Position numbers and translations under genes: made by a program. A stretch of DNA of 64,000 nucleotides. It comes from the human T2T-CHM13v2.0 reference genome, Homo sapiens. The notes under the pieces are model-generated. The model was not told the DNA's origin and did no database searches. It worked only from the letters and a program-made list of their open reading frames with translations. Positions 24,186 through 37,270 of this stretch are shown piece after piece (the stretch's first letter is position 1; each line of letters begins with the position of its first letter). Where the stretch lies: the NCBI RefSeq assembly GCF_009914755.1, contig NC_060935.1; one strand, given 5' to 3'.

Positions 24186-24274
24186 TTGTGTACCCAATTA
24201 ATTGGTTACACAAACATACAGCTATTCCTGATTAATGTTTACTTTTTTCTTACAATTGTAATATATTGGCTTCT

Positions 24275-24276
<2 letters not shown>

Positions 24277-24306
<30 letters not shown>
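24277..24306. repeat. (AC)15 microsatellite
   Basis: Direct reading. Confidence 0.95.
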
Positions 24307-24310
<4 letters not shown>

Positions 24311-25276
24311 CTGATCCCCTCATTTACATTCTTTTAATCTTTAAAAATATCTGTGCATATGTGTTGTCATATGCATGCTATTAAATTGACTACAAAACTG
24401 AGGATTAGAGAGGTTCAAAGAACTTGTGTGCATAAAAGTAGAAAATACTTAAGGTATAAACATCTTGGTAAAGCCAAGATTTTTGATAAGCTACTGATTC
24501 TTGGAGAATGGAAGACAGTGTGTGTAAAAGCTTAGTGTGCTTTGAAGGCATGTGAGACACAGTGGCAAAAAAAGTTTTAAAAAATGATTAATAATAAATA
24601 ACATTTGTGTTGAAGAATCAGTTCAAACTAACTCATTAAACATGGGATTAGATAAAATGATTGATTTAAATTTTCAGAGCACTCAGCTTTGCTGAGTAAC
24701 TTTCGTCTACATTTCAATATTACCATTATACATAATGGGAATATGCCAATAAGATTAGTTGGACACAATTCCCAAATTTTATCCATATCTTTAGGTGAGA
24801 CTAAAAGTAGAAAGTATTCCTTAAAATTCACTTCCCTCTCAAGAGCATACAAGTTTGGACTTGATGACTACATGTCAGGCGGTTCCCATTTTGGCTTGGC
24901 ATTTTCCATTAGAAATGATTTTGATTTCCTTTTTCCTTTTTTACAGAAAATTACAAGCTAGCAAATCTATTGTTTCAGATAAAATATATGCATATATATT
25001 GTATATAACTACTGAATTATCTACAAAAACTATACATTTGTACATAAATGTGTGCATATAGATGTGTGTGTACATATATATGTCTATTTACAAAATGTTT
25101 TTCACAGGCAAGAACAGCAGCCTCACACAAGGCTTTGACCAGCTCCTCCTTTTTTTCAGTAAAAAGAGTATTAGATAAGATGAGAATTGAGCAGAAACTG
25201 AGATGAGAGAGTCATAGAATTCAAGTATTCCTGTTACATTTCTGTATTACATTTTTTACAGGCTAAGAAAAGAGAC

Positions 25277-25337
25277 TGTTCAATTTAATAATATAAAAAA
25301 TAGAATATGTTCAATTTAATAATATAAAAATAGAATA
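25277..25337. repeat. 30/31-bp tandem duplication
   Basis: tgttcaatttaataatataaaaa(a)tagaata x2. Confidence 0.9.
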
Positions 25338-25638
25338 TACTCTGAGTAGTTAGTAATTCTTTCAGAAAAATAAGAAAAGATAATTAGAAATCTGGTTAAT
25401 ATTTGTGGTATTTAATAAAGCTAGTAAATTTCAATTCCAGTCACCAAACATTAGTTAATCTTTTTGGTTTTTGCTGGTCTTATAAGGACTTATCTGGAAA
25501 AATGCTTATAATAAGATTTCAAGGATTACTATAAGCTACTCATCATACATAATTTTGATGCTATGTTTTTTGATTAATTTTTTATAAAATTAATTGGTAA
25601 ATGGTATAGAAAGTAAGAATGACAATAGATGGTTCATG

Positions 25639-25683
25639 AATAAATGGTTTCAGGGTCAAATAAATGGTTTCAGGGTCAAATAA
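25639..25683. repeat. Perfect 20-bp tandem duplication
   Basis: aataaatggtttcagggtca x2 + aataa. Confidence 0.95.
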
Positions 25684-28280
25684 GTTAAACAAATTAAACT
25701 AATTTCTGATGAATTTATCAATTTTTTATGTAACTATTCACTGAGAATTTCCAAGAAGGGCATATGAGCATATATGTTGGCTCCATTATTGTTAGCCATA
25801 CTGTCATCCCTGCTTCCCTCCAATCCTGACCACCATCCAAATCTTGGCCTTATTATTGGTATCACAGATTTAAAATTTTAATGTAGACTATTGCTCTTGC
25901 AGGTTCCATCAGAGCGAGTTTTATTTCTTTATTAAGATTGTAATTTCCTTTAGGGTGGAGATTATTTTATACTTCCCCAAACACCCCATGGTCCCTAAAA
26001 CAATGCTACCTACATACACAAAAATTATCCAGGCACTTTTATTGAGTGGTTGATTGACTCAATAGACTTCTCACACTGTTGAGTACTGAAGACGTAAAAG
26101 TGAACCATACATTTTTGTTTTGTGGCCTTAAAAACCTCAAGTTTAATGAGAAGACACAGGCAACTAGATAATATGCAATATCGGATGTAAAGGTAAAATA
26201 CATTAGAATTATGAAGTTGGGCAGAGTTTAGCTAGACTAAGACTTTTAGACACATCAAGGAGGAATGGACATTAGAGTTGGGTTTTGAAACCTGAGTAGG
26301 TTTGCTAGGTGGAGCAGCAATGGGAGTTCCTTCTCCCTGGAAGAAGATGGATAGAAAGAGAAATGAAGGATAATCCAGATAGAAACACAGCATGTCTTAA
26401 GTCTTAAGATGTGCTGTTGTAGAAAATAGTTAGCATGTTTGGAGACTTGTATATCTGGGATGTCTGGAAAGGAGAACATATGTACAGAAGCAGAAGGAAT
26501 GATGGTCAAATAGTTAGGTTAGGGTTAGTTTATGAAGAACCTTGTATTCTGAGTGCATGAGTTCGTATTTTTTTCCTGGGTGGCTGATAACATAGTGATT
26601 ATAGTATGTGAATTGCAGAATCAGACTGAGTTGGGCTCTAATATGGGCTTTACCAATTTTTTAAGGAAGATTAAGTGAGCAATCATGCAGATAAAGCATT
26701 TGACACAGTGTCTCATGTATCTAAGTACTCAATAAATGTTGGCTGCTTTTATAGGTAAACATGGGAGAACATGAATTTTAAAACAGGGAAATTATATCAT
26801 TGAATTTATTCTTTTGTTATCATTAGATTTTGTTTTACTTACTTTTCCAGAATTGATTTTTGAGCAAACAACCATGGTGGCAGGGTAGAGAAAGACAAGA
26901 CAAAACAGTAAATACGTAAAAAACAACCTTTCTAAACTGGGTGGCCTTGGATAGTAAGAGCACATGCTAAAATTTATTGAATGCCTATTGTGTGTCAGGC
27001 AATATGCTAAGTGCTGTACTTATATAATTCCATTTATTTTTCACAGCATCACAGTAAGATAAGTGCTATAATATAATCTGACGTTTATAGAAAATTGATA
27101 TTAAAGAGTTGAAATGACACTCCGTGGTCACACACTGGCTAGTGCCAGAACCAGATATTGAAGTTCCTTTGATTTTAGATTTTTCATGAGATTGCTCTAC
27201 TGTGTATGTTATTTTATTTCCCTGATCCTCATTTTCCTGTGTGTAGCATGGGAAGAAAAAAAATTATACCTTCTTTATATGTTCTTGGGAGAACTTAATG
27301 CAGAACCTCCATGAAGGGACTTAGTATAGTGTGGGATACATGGTAATCATAGCAATGTTACTAATTCTTCTTCTTCTTATTTTTTAGAATATGTTAGAAT
27401 ATTAATATGGAATTGATTTTGGAGATAAATAAAGTGAAGGTTATTGTAGAAATTCTAATCTATTCTCAAAAACCAGCTGGCTTCTATTGTCTGTACTGGA
27501 AAGGCAGAATCTTTCTCTTATCTATGGAGTTTAAATTATATAACTACATGCCTTACACTTTCTGAATACTCAGTTTACATCTGTTATTATGTGTTATTCT
27601 ATTACTTTTAATTCTGTTTGTACTGGTACAAACTATAGCATGTGGTAAGAAATGGGCACTTAATCTGAGGCATAAACTCCCCTGTGTTAGAGGAGTTTTA
27701 TATTGCATTGCAGTTATCTGTTTTTCTGCCTGTTTCTCAATACACTGCAGATTTTCAAGGGCATTAGTCATATCTTGGTCATCCATTTATCTCTAGAGTC
27801 TTTTGAGTCCTTGGTTCATAATAGGTGCTTAATAAATGAGCTTTACCTGAAGGAAGAAATAATTGAATGAATGAAAGGCAATCCTAACACAAGACATTGT
27901 ATTTGGGGCTATCTGAGGTCCTACTCATTTAACAAGGACTATTATGACATGACTCTTACCAAATTCTCCAAGCCTTTATTAAACATATGTACCTACTAAA
28001 ATTAGATGCTGCATATCACAGGAGAAAATCAGTTACTCAACTAATTGAAAGTTAATAGTTTGCATAGCTTATATCACAAAAGAGTAATAATAATAATTCT
28101 CTTTTTGTTCAAAAATAACCCCATCCCACCCTCCTTCCTTCTGGCACTGGAGGGGGACTAGAGAGCTGTCTATTTCATTTGACTGACGGAGCCCTTCCTC
28201 AAAGAGAGACTAGGAGGCTCAGAATGTCTTTGTTTCTCCTTCGTGGCCTACATCATGAGCACATCAGAAAGCAGATTCCA

Positions 28281-28652
<372 letters not shown>

Positions 28653-29706
28653 TCAGTCATTCCTGAGGCTGGACCATCTTGCTAGCAACTCACATGGTAA
28701 CAGTGTTTAGAGAATTTCAGTTCTTAGAGCCACCTCCCTGTTTAGGACTCTCTTTTACTTCTCCTGCAATCAGGAGGATTCTGCTCTGAATCACACTTAG
28801 ACTGTCCACTGTGAAAATATGAAAAGATGACAAGTTATACTATATTCAGACATGAGGTTAAAAAAAAAGCCTCTTCACATAAAGGGAAAACAGCAACATA
28901 TTTCAGGAAGCTAGTGTGCTATGGGGACATGTTATATTCTCATTCCTTTCCCAGCATGAGGGTTGAGGGAGGAAGGCAGAAGTAAAGGAGCATCTGTCTA
29001 AGGCCCTGCTAATGTTACAGATCAGAAAATAGTGCTCTGCTCTGCTTCAACTGTAAACACTGTGAAATGCTTTCTTTCCCCACCAGGCAACTTGGCTCTG
29101 GGATAATCATCCTAGGCATGAATTCATAGAGTACTGTCCATTCTACAGCTTCATTATACAAAACAGGCAAATGAGATGCAGAGTGACACTCTCGGTTTTC
29201 TGTGGTTGTTTGAGCTCCCCTTAACCCCTCCCTGGAACTAGCTATTCAATAATGGCCACAGAGGAGTCCCAGATGTTTGCAGAGTAAATGTGATGCTTGG
29301 CTTTGACTCCTGGAAGCAATAGGGGGTGGAGTAGGGATGAATTACAAAGAAAGGCCTTATTGGTTGACGCTAAAAGTACCTATAAAAGTCTCACATACAT
29401 AGAGTTAACCTTTCTTCAGCCCTTCTATTCCATTCCTGAGTAAGCAAATTTGGATTAACTACTTCAACCCCTTACTTAGAAACGGCTTCCATCACAGTTA
29501 TCTCCTCTCTGACAGCTTTCTCTTAATGTTCATTTTAAACTTATTTCTCCTGGATAAATATGTGTGTGCAGGCATGTGTGTCTGTATTTATGTGAACAAA
29601 TGTGAAGTTGGAAAAAAAGATACCAAGACCTTGTGAATTTTGACCTCTCTTTTCATATGTCTCTAGGCCTTTTCTACTCCCTAAGGGAAAGCTTAAGCAT
29701 GGCAGG

Positions 29707-29732
29707 TCTCTCTTCTCTCTCTCTCTCTCTCG

Positions 29733-29786
<54 letters not shown>
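29707..29786. repeat. Compound (CT)n(GT)n microsatellite
   Basis: About 40 bp of CT repeat followed by about 19 GT units. Confidence 0.95.
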
Positions 29787-29787
<1 letters not shown>

Positions 29788-31220
29788 AGTTTTTATATAG
29801 TGCTAAAGAAATGAGAAGGAAGAGATACTAGGAAGGGAAGATCATTTGTTCCCAATTAACTCTGCTTATCTGTGTGGCTGAGGTGGATGATCTAACACAA
29901 TTGTATTTATAGTAGTATGCATTATTCCCCTCTCCTCCACCAGGATATATCAGTGTAATAAGCCTTTCTATTATCTTGGCTATATCCAAACAAGTGAGGA
30001 AACAAAAATTAAATGATATCTTGCGGTTGTAGAGAAACTCAGACCATTCTTGCTGGAGATACATCAAGTGAATACCTTTGTAGATCTGGACCTGACCCAA
30101 GGAAGCCTGGTATGTTTATCTGGGATCTCCTACTCTCTGTGTACTACCCTCTCTGTCCCTTTCCCCTCATTCTCAATTAAGACAGCCTTGAGCAAATTTA
30201 ATTTCTGTGATGATCAGATCTAAAGCTCTAAGTATTGACTAAACACTGCTAAGAGCATCGAATTGCATAATTGAGACCAAATGCTTGCCACAAACAGCTC
30301 CATGTCATCTCCTACATGAATGGATTACTCTAAAATATCAGTTCATGCACTGGCTTCTTTGAGATGACCTAGGAAACTTGTTACATGACAGATTCCTAAG
30401 TTGTATTGCCCAATATTTTGCCTCAGTCTGTTTGATAGTCAGCTAAGTTTGCCAGGTTTGGGAACTCCAGTTTTAGACCTCAAATTAGAAGTCACTCTGG
30501 GAAGAGCCCTTGAGCACTCATTTGGTGAAGTCACTTTAACCTTGTCCAGCTTACTCTGGTGCTGTTTGCCTAATTTTCAAGGATATGAATTATGCTACTT
30601 TGTTATATCTAAGTGGAAGGAAAATAGGAGCCCCAATAGCATTCTGTTGAGTCACTTCCACAAAATGATCCTCTGAGACTCATTTTGCAGATGCACTGAG
30701 ATCCAAAGATAGCTGTATAAAGGGATTGTAGGCATAAGGCCATCAGATACACCAAAGTACACACATATATGCCTACACATGTACACACACTATCATTGCC
30801 TTGTCTCTGAGAACCATAGACAAAGTTGGCCAAGCCCTTGGCCAGGACTGTTGTGAATGATTGCTCAAACTGTATGCTGAACAGTTCTGGGCACCATTTT
30901 CATAGACTGCAATATGAATAGTCCACCAGCAGTTGTGCAATATGGTGGGCCTTGGAAAAATGTAGTTATTATTTTGAAAATAGGAAGGAGCCCACCACTG
31001 AGGAAGCAAACAAAATGTTTGTGGTGAAATTTCAACAGGATTATCTTCTTGTTATGCAATTAGGTCTCAAGCTCTGCTCTCAGCACATGGACATGCATAT
31101 GCACATACTCTACTTATTGAATTTTTCCTTTTCTCTAATCCAGGATGATTTGCAAAAGTTTTCCTTCCATACCTCTACACCACAGATGGATTGAGAAATG
31201 TCACAACAAATTAGAAGTGA

Positions 31221-31658
<438 letters not shown>

Positions 31659-32449
31659 CCAGGGCCCTTTTCTTAAAACCAAATCCCATGCAATAAAGCA
31701 CGTTTATTTCATGCAACACAGCTTAGTTAATGCTTATACTTCCAAATACTCCGGTTTACTAGGTACAACTCAATCAGGAGTGCCTAGTATAAAAGAACAT
31801 GCACAGCACAGCGACAGAGAATGTTCATCACCAAACACAAGGAAGCAAAGGAGATGCAAAGCTATGGTAGCTAGAGGAGGATTAGCTTTCCTGATTTCAG
31901 TTCGAGAAAAGCCACTTGTCTCTACAGTCCACTAGTTTGGCAAGGCATTTGCCCTTGGCTGTGAGATGATGTTACATTCAAAGTAAGGTATATTAATTTC
32001 CAGGCTTGTCCAGGATCAGGGGCTGGAGTCTTCCTTCAATAGTAATCCTTTCCTTAAAACCAGTTCTAAGCTTTGTATTTGTTTTATTAAGTGATTGGAT
32101 AGCCCTGAAATATGAGTTTCCTCCAATCTCTTCCACTTTGCAAACTCCAGAACCGTTTGACCAATAAGTTAAAACCCAGAGGAGGACTGACTGTGAGCTA
32201 AGGCTTCAGACATGCAAAGCGCACAACCCTGGGAAACAGCAGCATCTGGGACAGGAGGCTCCCATTACTACACATGAGGGTGTCATAGGTTTTGCAAATC
32301 AAACACACATAGAAAACCAGTAGTAGCCTGGGTTGGACACACTGTATGAGTTGCACAGTTGAGTGAGGACCCAGACCAGGGAGCCACATGTTCCTCTAGC
32401 TTGCATACATTTATTTCACACCACCTCAGGCCACTCATAGTTTGCTTAC

Positions 32450-32545
32450 CTGCTCATTGTTGCTCTCCCACCATTCCCCATACTCCCTTTGGGGGTGAAA
32501 CACTCTATTTCCGACTTGTGCTGGGCCAGTCTCCTGTCTTTGTAC
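32450..32545 (-). CDS. GRM5: GRM5 alternatively spliced 96-nt cassette exon (mGlu5b-specific 32-aa insert)
   Basis: Minus strand ...ttgttcatgctcaccag|GTACAAAGAC...ATGAGCAG|gtaagc. It is 96 nt, phase 2-2, and encodes (R)YKDRRLAQHKSEIECFTPKGSMGNGGRATMS(S). It joins the last exon in frame (AG+T = Ser). Not in the ORF track. Confidence 0.97.
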
Positions 32546-32879
32546 CTGGTGAGCATGAACAAGGACAGGAGCAAACAGAAAGACGTGATTGTGTGCTTAA
32601 CTGCCAGGCTGAGGAACGGCCGTGACTGTGGAGATGGTCACTCTGTGCCAAAATGGGGGTTCCTGCTTCTCAATGCAATGACCAACCTGTGATACTTATT
32701 AGATGAATGTGATGGCATATGGACAACATCAGGGATGACGTTGTTACTTTTTGGTTAAACCACATGTAACCCATTCTTTCACATTGCCTATTAAACTGAA
32801 TATGTCACATTTAATAGTCAATGGTAAAGGTGTGCAATTTCTAGCATCTTAGAAAAAGATGAATATCAATCAACACATT

Positions 32880-33120
32880 AGAATCTATTCAGTGCTTACC
32901 ATGTGTCAGACACTATGCTAGAACTTTACCTAAATTGTATCCAGGCAACAGCCCTGGGCCAGAGGCTTTGTTATCATTTCCATTTTACTGATGAAGAAAC
33001 CTAAGATTATAGAGGTTAAGCAAATTAATCAAAGATTAGTTAATTAAATAAGTGGTTGGGCTGGATTTTGAATACAGGGAATCTAAGTTTAGAACCCACA
33101 CTTCAGCCATTATAATGTGT
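32880..33120 (-). mobile_element. MIR SINE
   Basis: attcagtgcttaccatgtgtcagacactatgcta...ccattttactgatgaagaaacctaag...agaggttaagcaa (MIR core, reverse orientation). Confidence 0.7.
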
Positions 33121-34597
33121 TGCCTTCCATTATCAAGTTTTTAAGCTAATTATTATCTTGAGCAAGCCCTCATTGAGTGATACCATTCTGGATGTTGTTA
33201 GACATTGGCAATAACAGAGGAGAGAAGACATGTTCTTTGGATATTAAAAGTTTCTGTAAACATTAAGCTGAAGTTTTACTGTCAGTATTGGGATGCCGCC
33301 ATTATTTTTGTATTATAATTGGCAGTTCACCGCGCTTTGAAGATACCAGATATTTCATCTAAAATAAGTGATGAGATTCCCAATATTACTCTTCTACGTG
33401 GTGCATCAAGATGAGTTCTTGTATCTCAATGACAGTTTTTTGAGCTAACATGATTTCACAGAAATAACCTCTTTTACTCATTGGTTCGATTCTGTAAGGT
33501 TTTTAAAAAAGAACTGTTATTTCCATTTGCCAGATGAGGAAGCTAGATTTACTTAACTGACTTCATGAAAGTCACAAGCCTCATCAGTAGAGAATAACCA
33601 CCTGTAGAGCTTGCAGGGGCCCAGAGCTCTTAAGGTTTTATTACCTTTTCCCTAATTAAACTGGAGCCTGGTATAACACCACTTCATCCACCTTCCTGGT
33701 ATCCAGTAGGCTATGATAAAGGGAGTTACTATAATAAGACTTGTTTATCTCAGTACAGTCACACTCTTTTTAGTTTATTTTCCTGCTGTTTCAAAAGTAG
33801 TATAAAATAAAATAAAATGCAACAAAGTCAACATCATTATTGATCCTGGGGCAGAGGCCTTCCTCTTAATTTTTTTTCCCTTCTAAAATGTTTAAAGTAT
33901 CTAGTATTTGAAGAAAAATGGCTTATTACATCAAGCAAAATGAATTTAATGGATTACCTATTTAACGGACATTAGTTGAGCATTTATTAAATCCTAGGTA
34001 ATGGACTTTGCACTACAGATGTAAAGATAAGTAATCTGCAGGCCCCACCTGTTAGAATTTACCTAACAGTAGGAGAAGGAAGGAAATAAGAAATACGTAC
34101 ACAAGTAATTTTAGATGTAGGCATAAAGAAGAGAGGAAAAGAACTTAGAGACTTTGTTAAAGGAGGTAAATCATCAGACCAAGCTAGATTGAGTAGACTT
34201 AATTTTACCAAGAAAATACCTTAGAAGTACCAATGGCCAAATGATGCTCAATGTTTCAATGCAAAGTATTTTGTGCTTCTTTGTGAATTGGATTGCTCAA
34301 GCAAAATACTGCTCGACAGCTCAAATTAAAAGAATATTGATAGAATAATAAATTATTGGTGGTCATTCACTTCCTTACAAAGGGATCCTTAACATATTTT
34401 TGAATATCTTCTGTTAGGCTAATTGTGAATTAATCATTAAATATTTCATAGATGAGTTAAGAAACCTACAGTCTTCATGCTTATAAGCTCTTCTCTTTCT
34501 TTCTTTCTCTCATGACCACACACACTCTGCCAGGTGACCTCTGTTTATGAAATATGGAATAGATCCTAAGCATCTTATTCTATCAAACTCTAACCTC

Positions 34598-35268
34598 TGT
34601 GAAGAAAAAGGAATGCTTACACACTGCTAGTGGGAATGGAAATTAGTTCAGCCACTGTGGAAATCAGCTTGGCAATTTCTCAAAGAACTTAAAGCAGAAC
34701 TACCATTTGACCCAGAAATCCCATTACTGGTCATATACCTAAAGGAATATAAATCTCTCTATCATAAAAACACATCCATGTATATGTTCACTGCAGCACT
34801 ATTCACTATAACAAAGTCATGGAATCAACCTAAATGCCCATCAACGGTAAAATGGATAAAGAAAATGTGGTACATATACATCATAGAATACTATGCAGTC
34901 ATAAAAAGAATGAGATCATGTCCTTTACACATGAATAGCACAGGAGGGCATTATCCTAACCAAACTAATGGAGAAACAGAAAACCAAGTACTTCATGTTT
35001 TCATTTATCAATGGGAGCTTAACACTGAGTACGCATGGACACAAAGGGAAAAATAGACACTGGGGCCTCCATGAGGGTGGAGGGTGGGAGGAGAGTGAGG
35101 ATCAAAAAACTACCTACCAGATTCTATACTTATTACCTGGGTGATGAAATAATCTGCATATTATACCCCTGCAAAACACAACTTACCTATAAAACAAACC
35201 TGCACATATACCCCTGAACCTAAAAGTTTAGAAAAACCATAGAAACAAAACAAAAAACAAAAACAAAA
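34598..35268 (+). mobile_element. L1PA15/16-like LINE-1 3' fragment (end of ORF2 + 3'UTR + A-rich tail)
   Basis: ctaccatttgacccagaaatcccattactgg...tggaatcaacctaaatgcccatcaac...aacaaacctgcacatatacccctgaacctaaaag. ORF 34778..35056 (MFTAALFTITKSWNQPKCPS) is a relic of the L1 ORF2 C-terminus. Confidence 0.92.
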
Positions 35269-36302
35269 CCTAACTGCTTTTGGTAAAAGCTTTCACTGAC
35301 ATATAAAAAACAAAATAATGAAAATTCAAAACAATAATAACAAAACTCATTTTAAAAATGTGAGCAATATCTTAGACTTTTTGGAACTTTCAAGCAGTTT
35401 TTGTATTCAATGCAAGCTGAAAATGGCATTAATACAGAATGGGAAACTCATCATTGCTTTCAGATAGGACCCTACTTGCCTGTCTGTACCTGTAATTATA
35501 TTCACCAGATATTTAAATAGATCATATTTTTATTCATTCACTTACTCATTATCCCATTTACCAGTAATGTGCTGTTCAAAATTACTAATAGATTTAATAG
35601 TCTCAACTGTTGAGTTTAAAAACTCAACATTTTTTTCCAGTTGAGTTTATTTTAGAAATATGGAATTGTCAATTAAAAATAGTTTAAGCTTTTCAGAATT
35701 TACAGATCATGGAATATCAATTTTAAAATTTCATTTCTTTTACATAATAAATTTATATATCAGATACTAAAACACCCATACACTCATACTTGTAAGGCAC
35801 TGTTTCAAGTGCTTTGCAAGTATTAACTCACTTTTCAAATGAAATGTTTAATTTACTATATTTATATTCAAAGTTATAATAAAAAGTAATAATGACAAAA
35901 TATTGAGCATGCCAGGCTGTTTGCTGTACACTATTGTAAATTATTAAAACAGCCATACAAAGCAGCTGCTATTATTCTCATTCTGAAGAGGCAGACACTG
36001 AAGATCAGTGTCAGTAAGCCCAACCTCATGTGGTTTATGAGCAGGGAGCCCAAGGTTAAAAATCAGGTTTCTCTGATTCTAAAGCTCATGCTATTTCCAT
36101 TAATTTTTCCTCCAAGTAACAATATTACTACGTTTAAAAACAAAATTACAAAAGCTTATTATTTACCTTTTCTCTTCTTGACCCCGTTTTGCAAATAAGT
36201 AGCAGAGTTATCAAGTACAGGCAGTAGAGAATCTAGTGATAGGACTTTAAATTTTGTTACTTCCTTTAGGTCCCTATGCCTGTACCAGGCAGGTTTAGTT
36301 GA

Positions 36303-37270
36303 CATCATTCAAAACCGTTTACTGAATAGTCCATGTGCTGGGCACTGTGATAAGGAGCATATGGGTGATTATGTCATTGATAAGGTCACAGTCTTGAATG
36401 AGAAGATGAAATGTAAACAGATAATTTCCAAACAATGTAAGAAGTTTTATTATAGAAACAAATACAAGAAGGGTTACTTAACCCATACTAGATTGGCAGA
36501 GAACACTTTAGTGAGATATGATACGTAAGACAAATCTGAAAAATTGAGCAGACATGCACCGTGAAGAGAAAATCAGGTGCAAACATGTAGAGAGGTTTAG
36601 CAGCATGGTGTATACTGGGAAACACTGTTTAGTAATTTTTATTGTAAGAAGTATAAAATAGGAGGTCAAAGGGGAAAGCAGATGGAGAAGTATATAAAAA
36701 TGATGAATTTGCTTGTTGATTATGAGATGTCATTGTGGAATCCTTATGCTACATAAAACAGGATCAGAGTTGACATTTAGATAAAATGCAATGGACTTGA
36801 AGGAACAAAACTAGAGAGATAGAGAAATACTACTACAGTTATGCATGTGAGAGATGATAAGCTAATGCTTAGGGTAGCGATAATACAGATGAAAAATAGA
36901 GCACAGTCTCAAGACTATTTGGGAGGCAAAAATGAGTAGGATTTATTGGATGATGAGTATAATAGGAAGAAGTATAGAATGATACCCCAGTTACTGTGTT
37001 GGATGGTGCAGTTAACTGAGTTAAGAAAATTCAAGAGAAGGAGTATATTTGGGCAAGGAAGTAAAAAGCTTCATTTTGGAATATTTGATTTGAGATGCTG
37101 GTGGGACATCCAAGTGGACATATTCAGCAGACACATGAGTATAAACATTTGGAGGTTAGAGGATTGTTATACACAGGGGAGCTCTCAGCATACCGATGGT
37201 TGCAAATACAATGAGAATGGTTGAAAATATTCAGAACAGGAAAACTATGTAGACAGTGGAAAGAAGAGGT
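36303..37270 (-). mobile_element. L2 LINE relic
   Basis: Reverse L2 3' end cattcaaaaccgtttactgaatagtccatgtgctgggcactgtg, and further L2 motifs (ttttggaatatttgatttgagatgc...catccaagtggaca). Confidence 0.7.
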
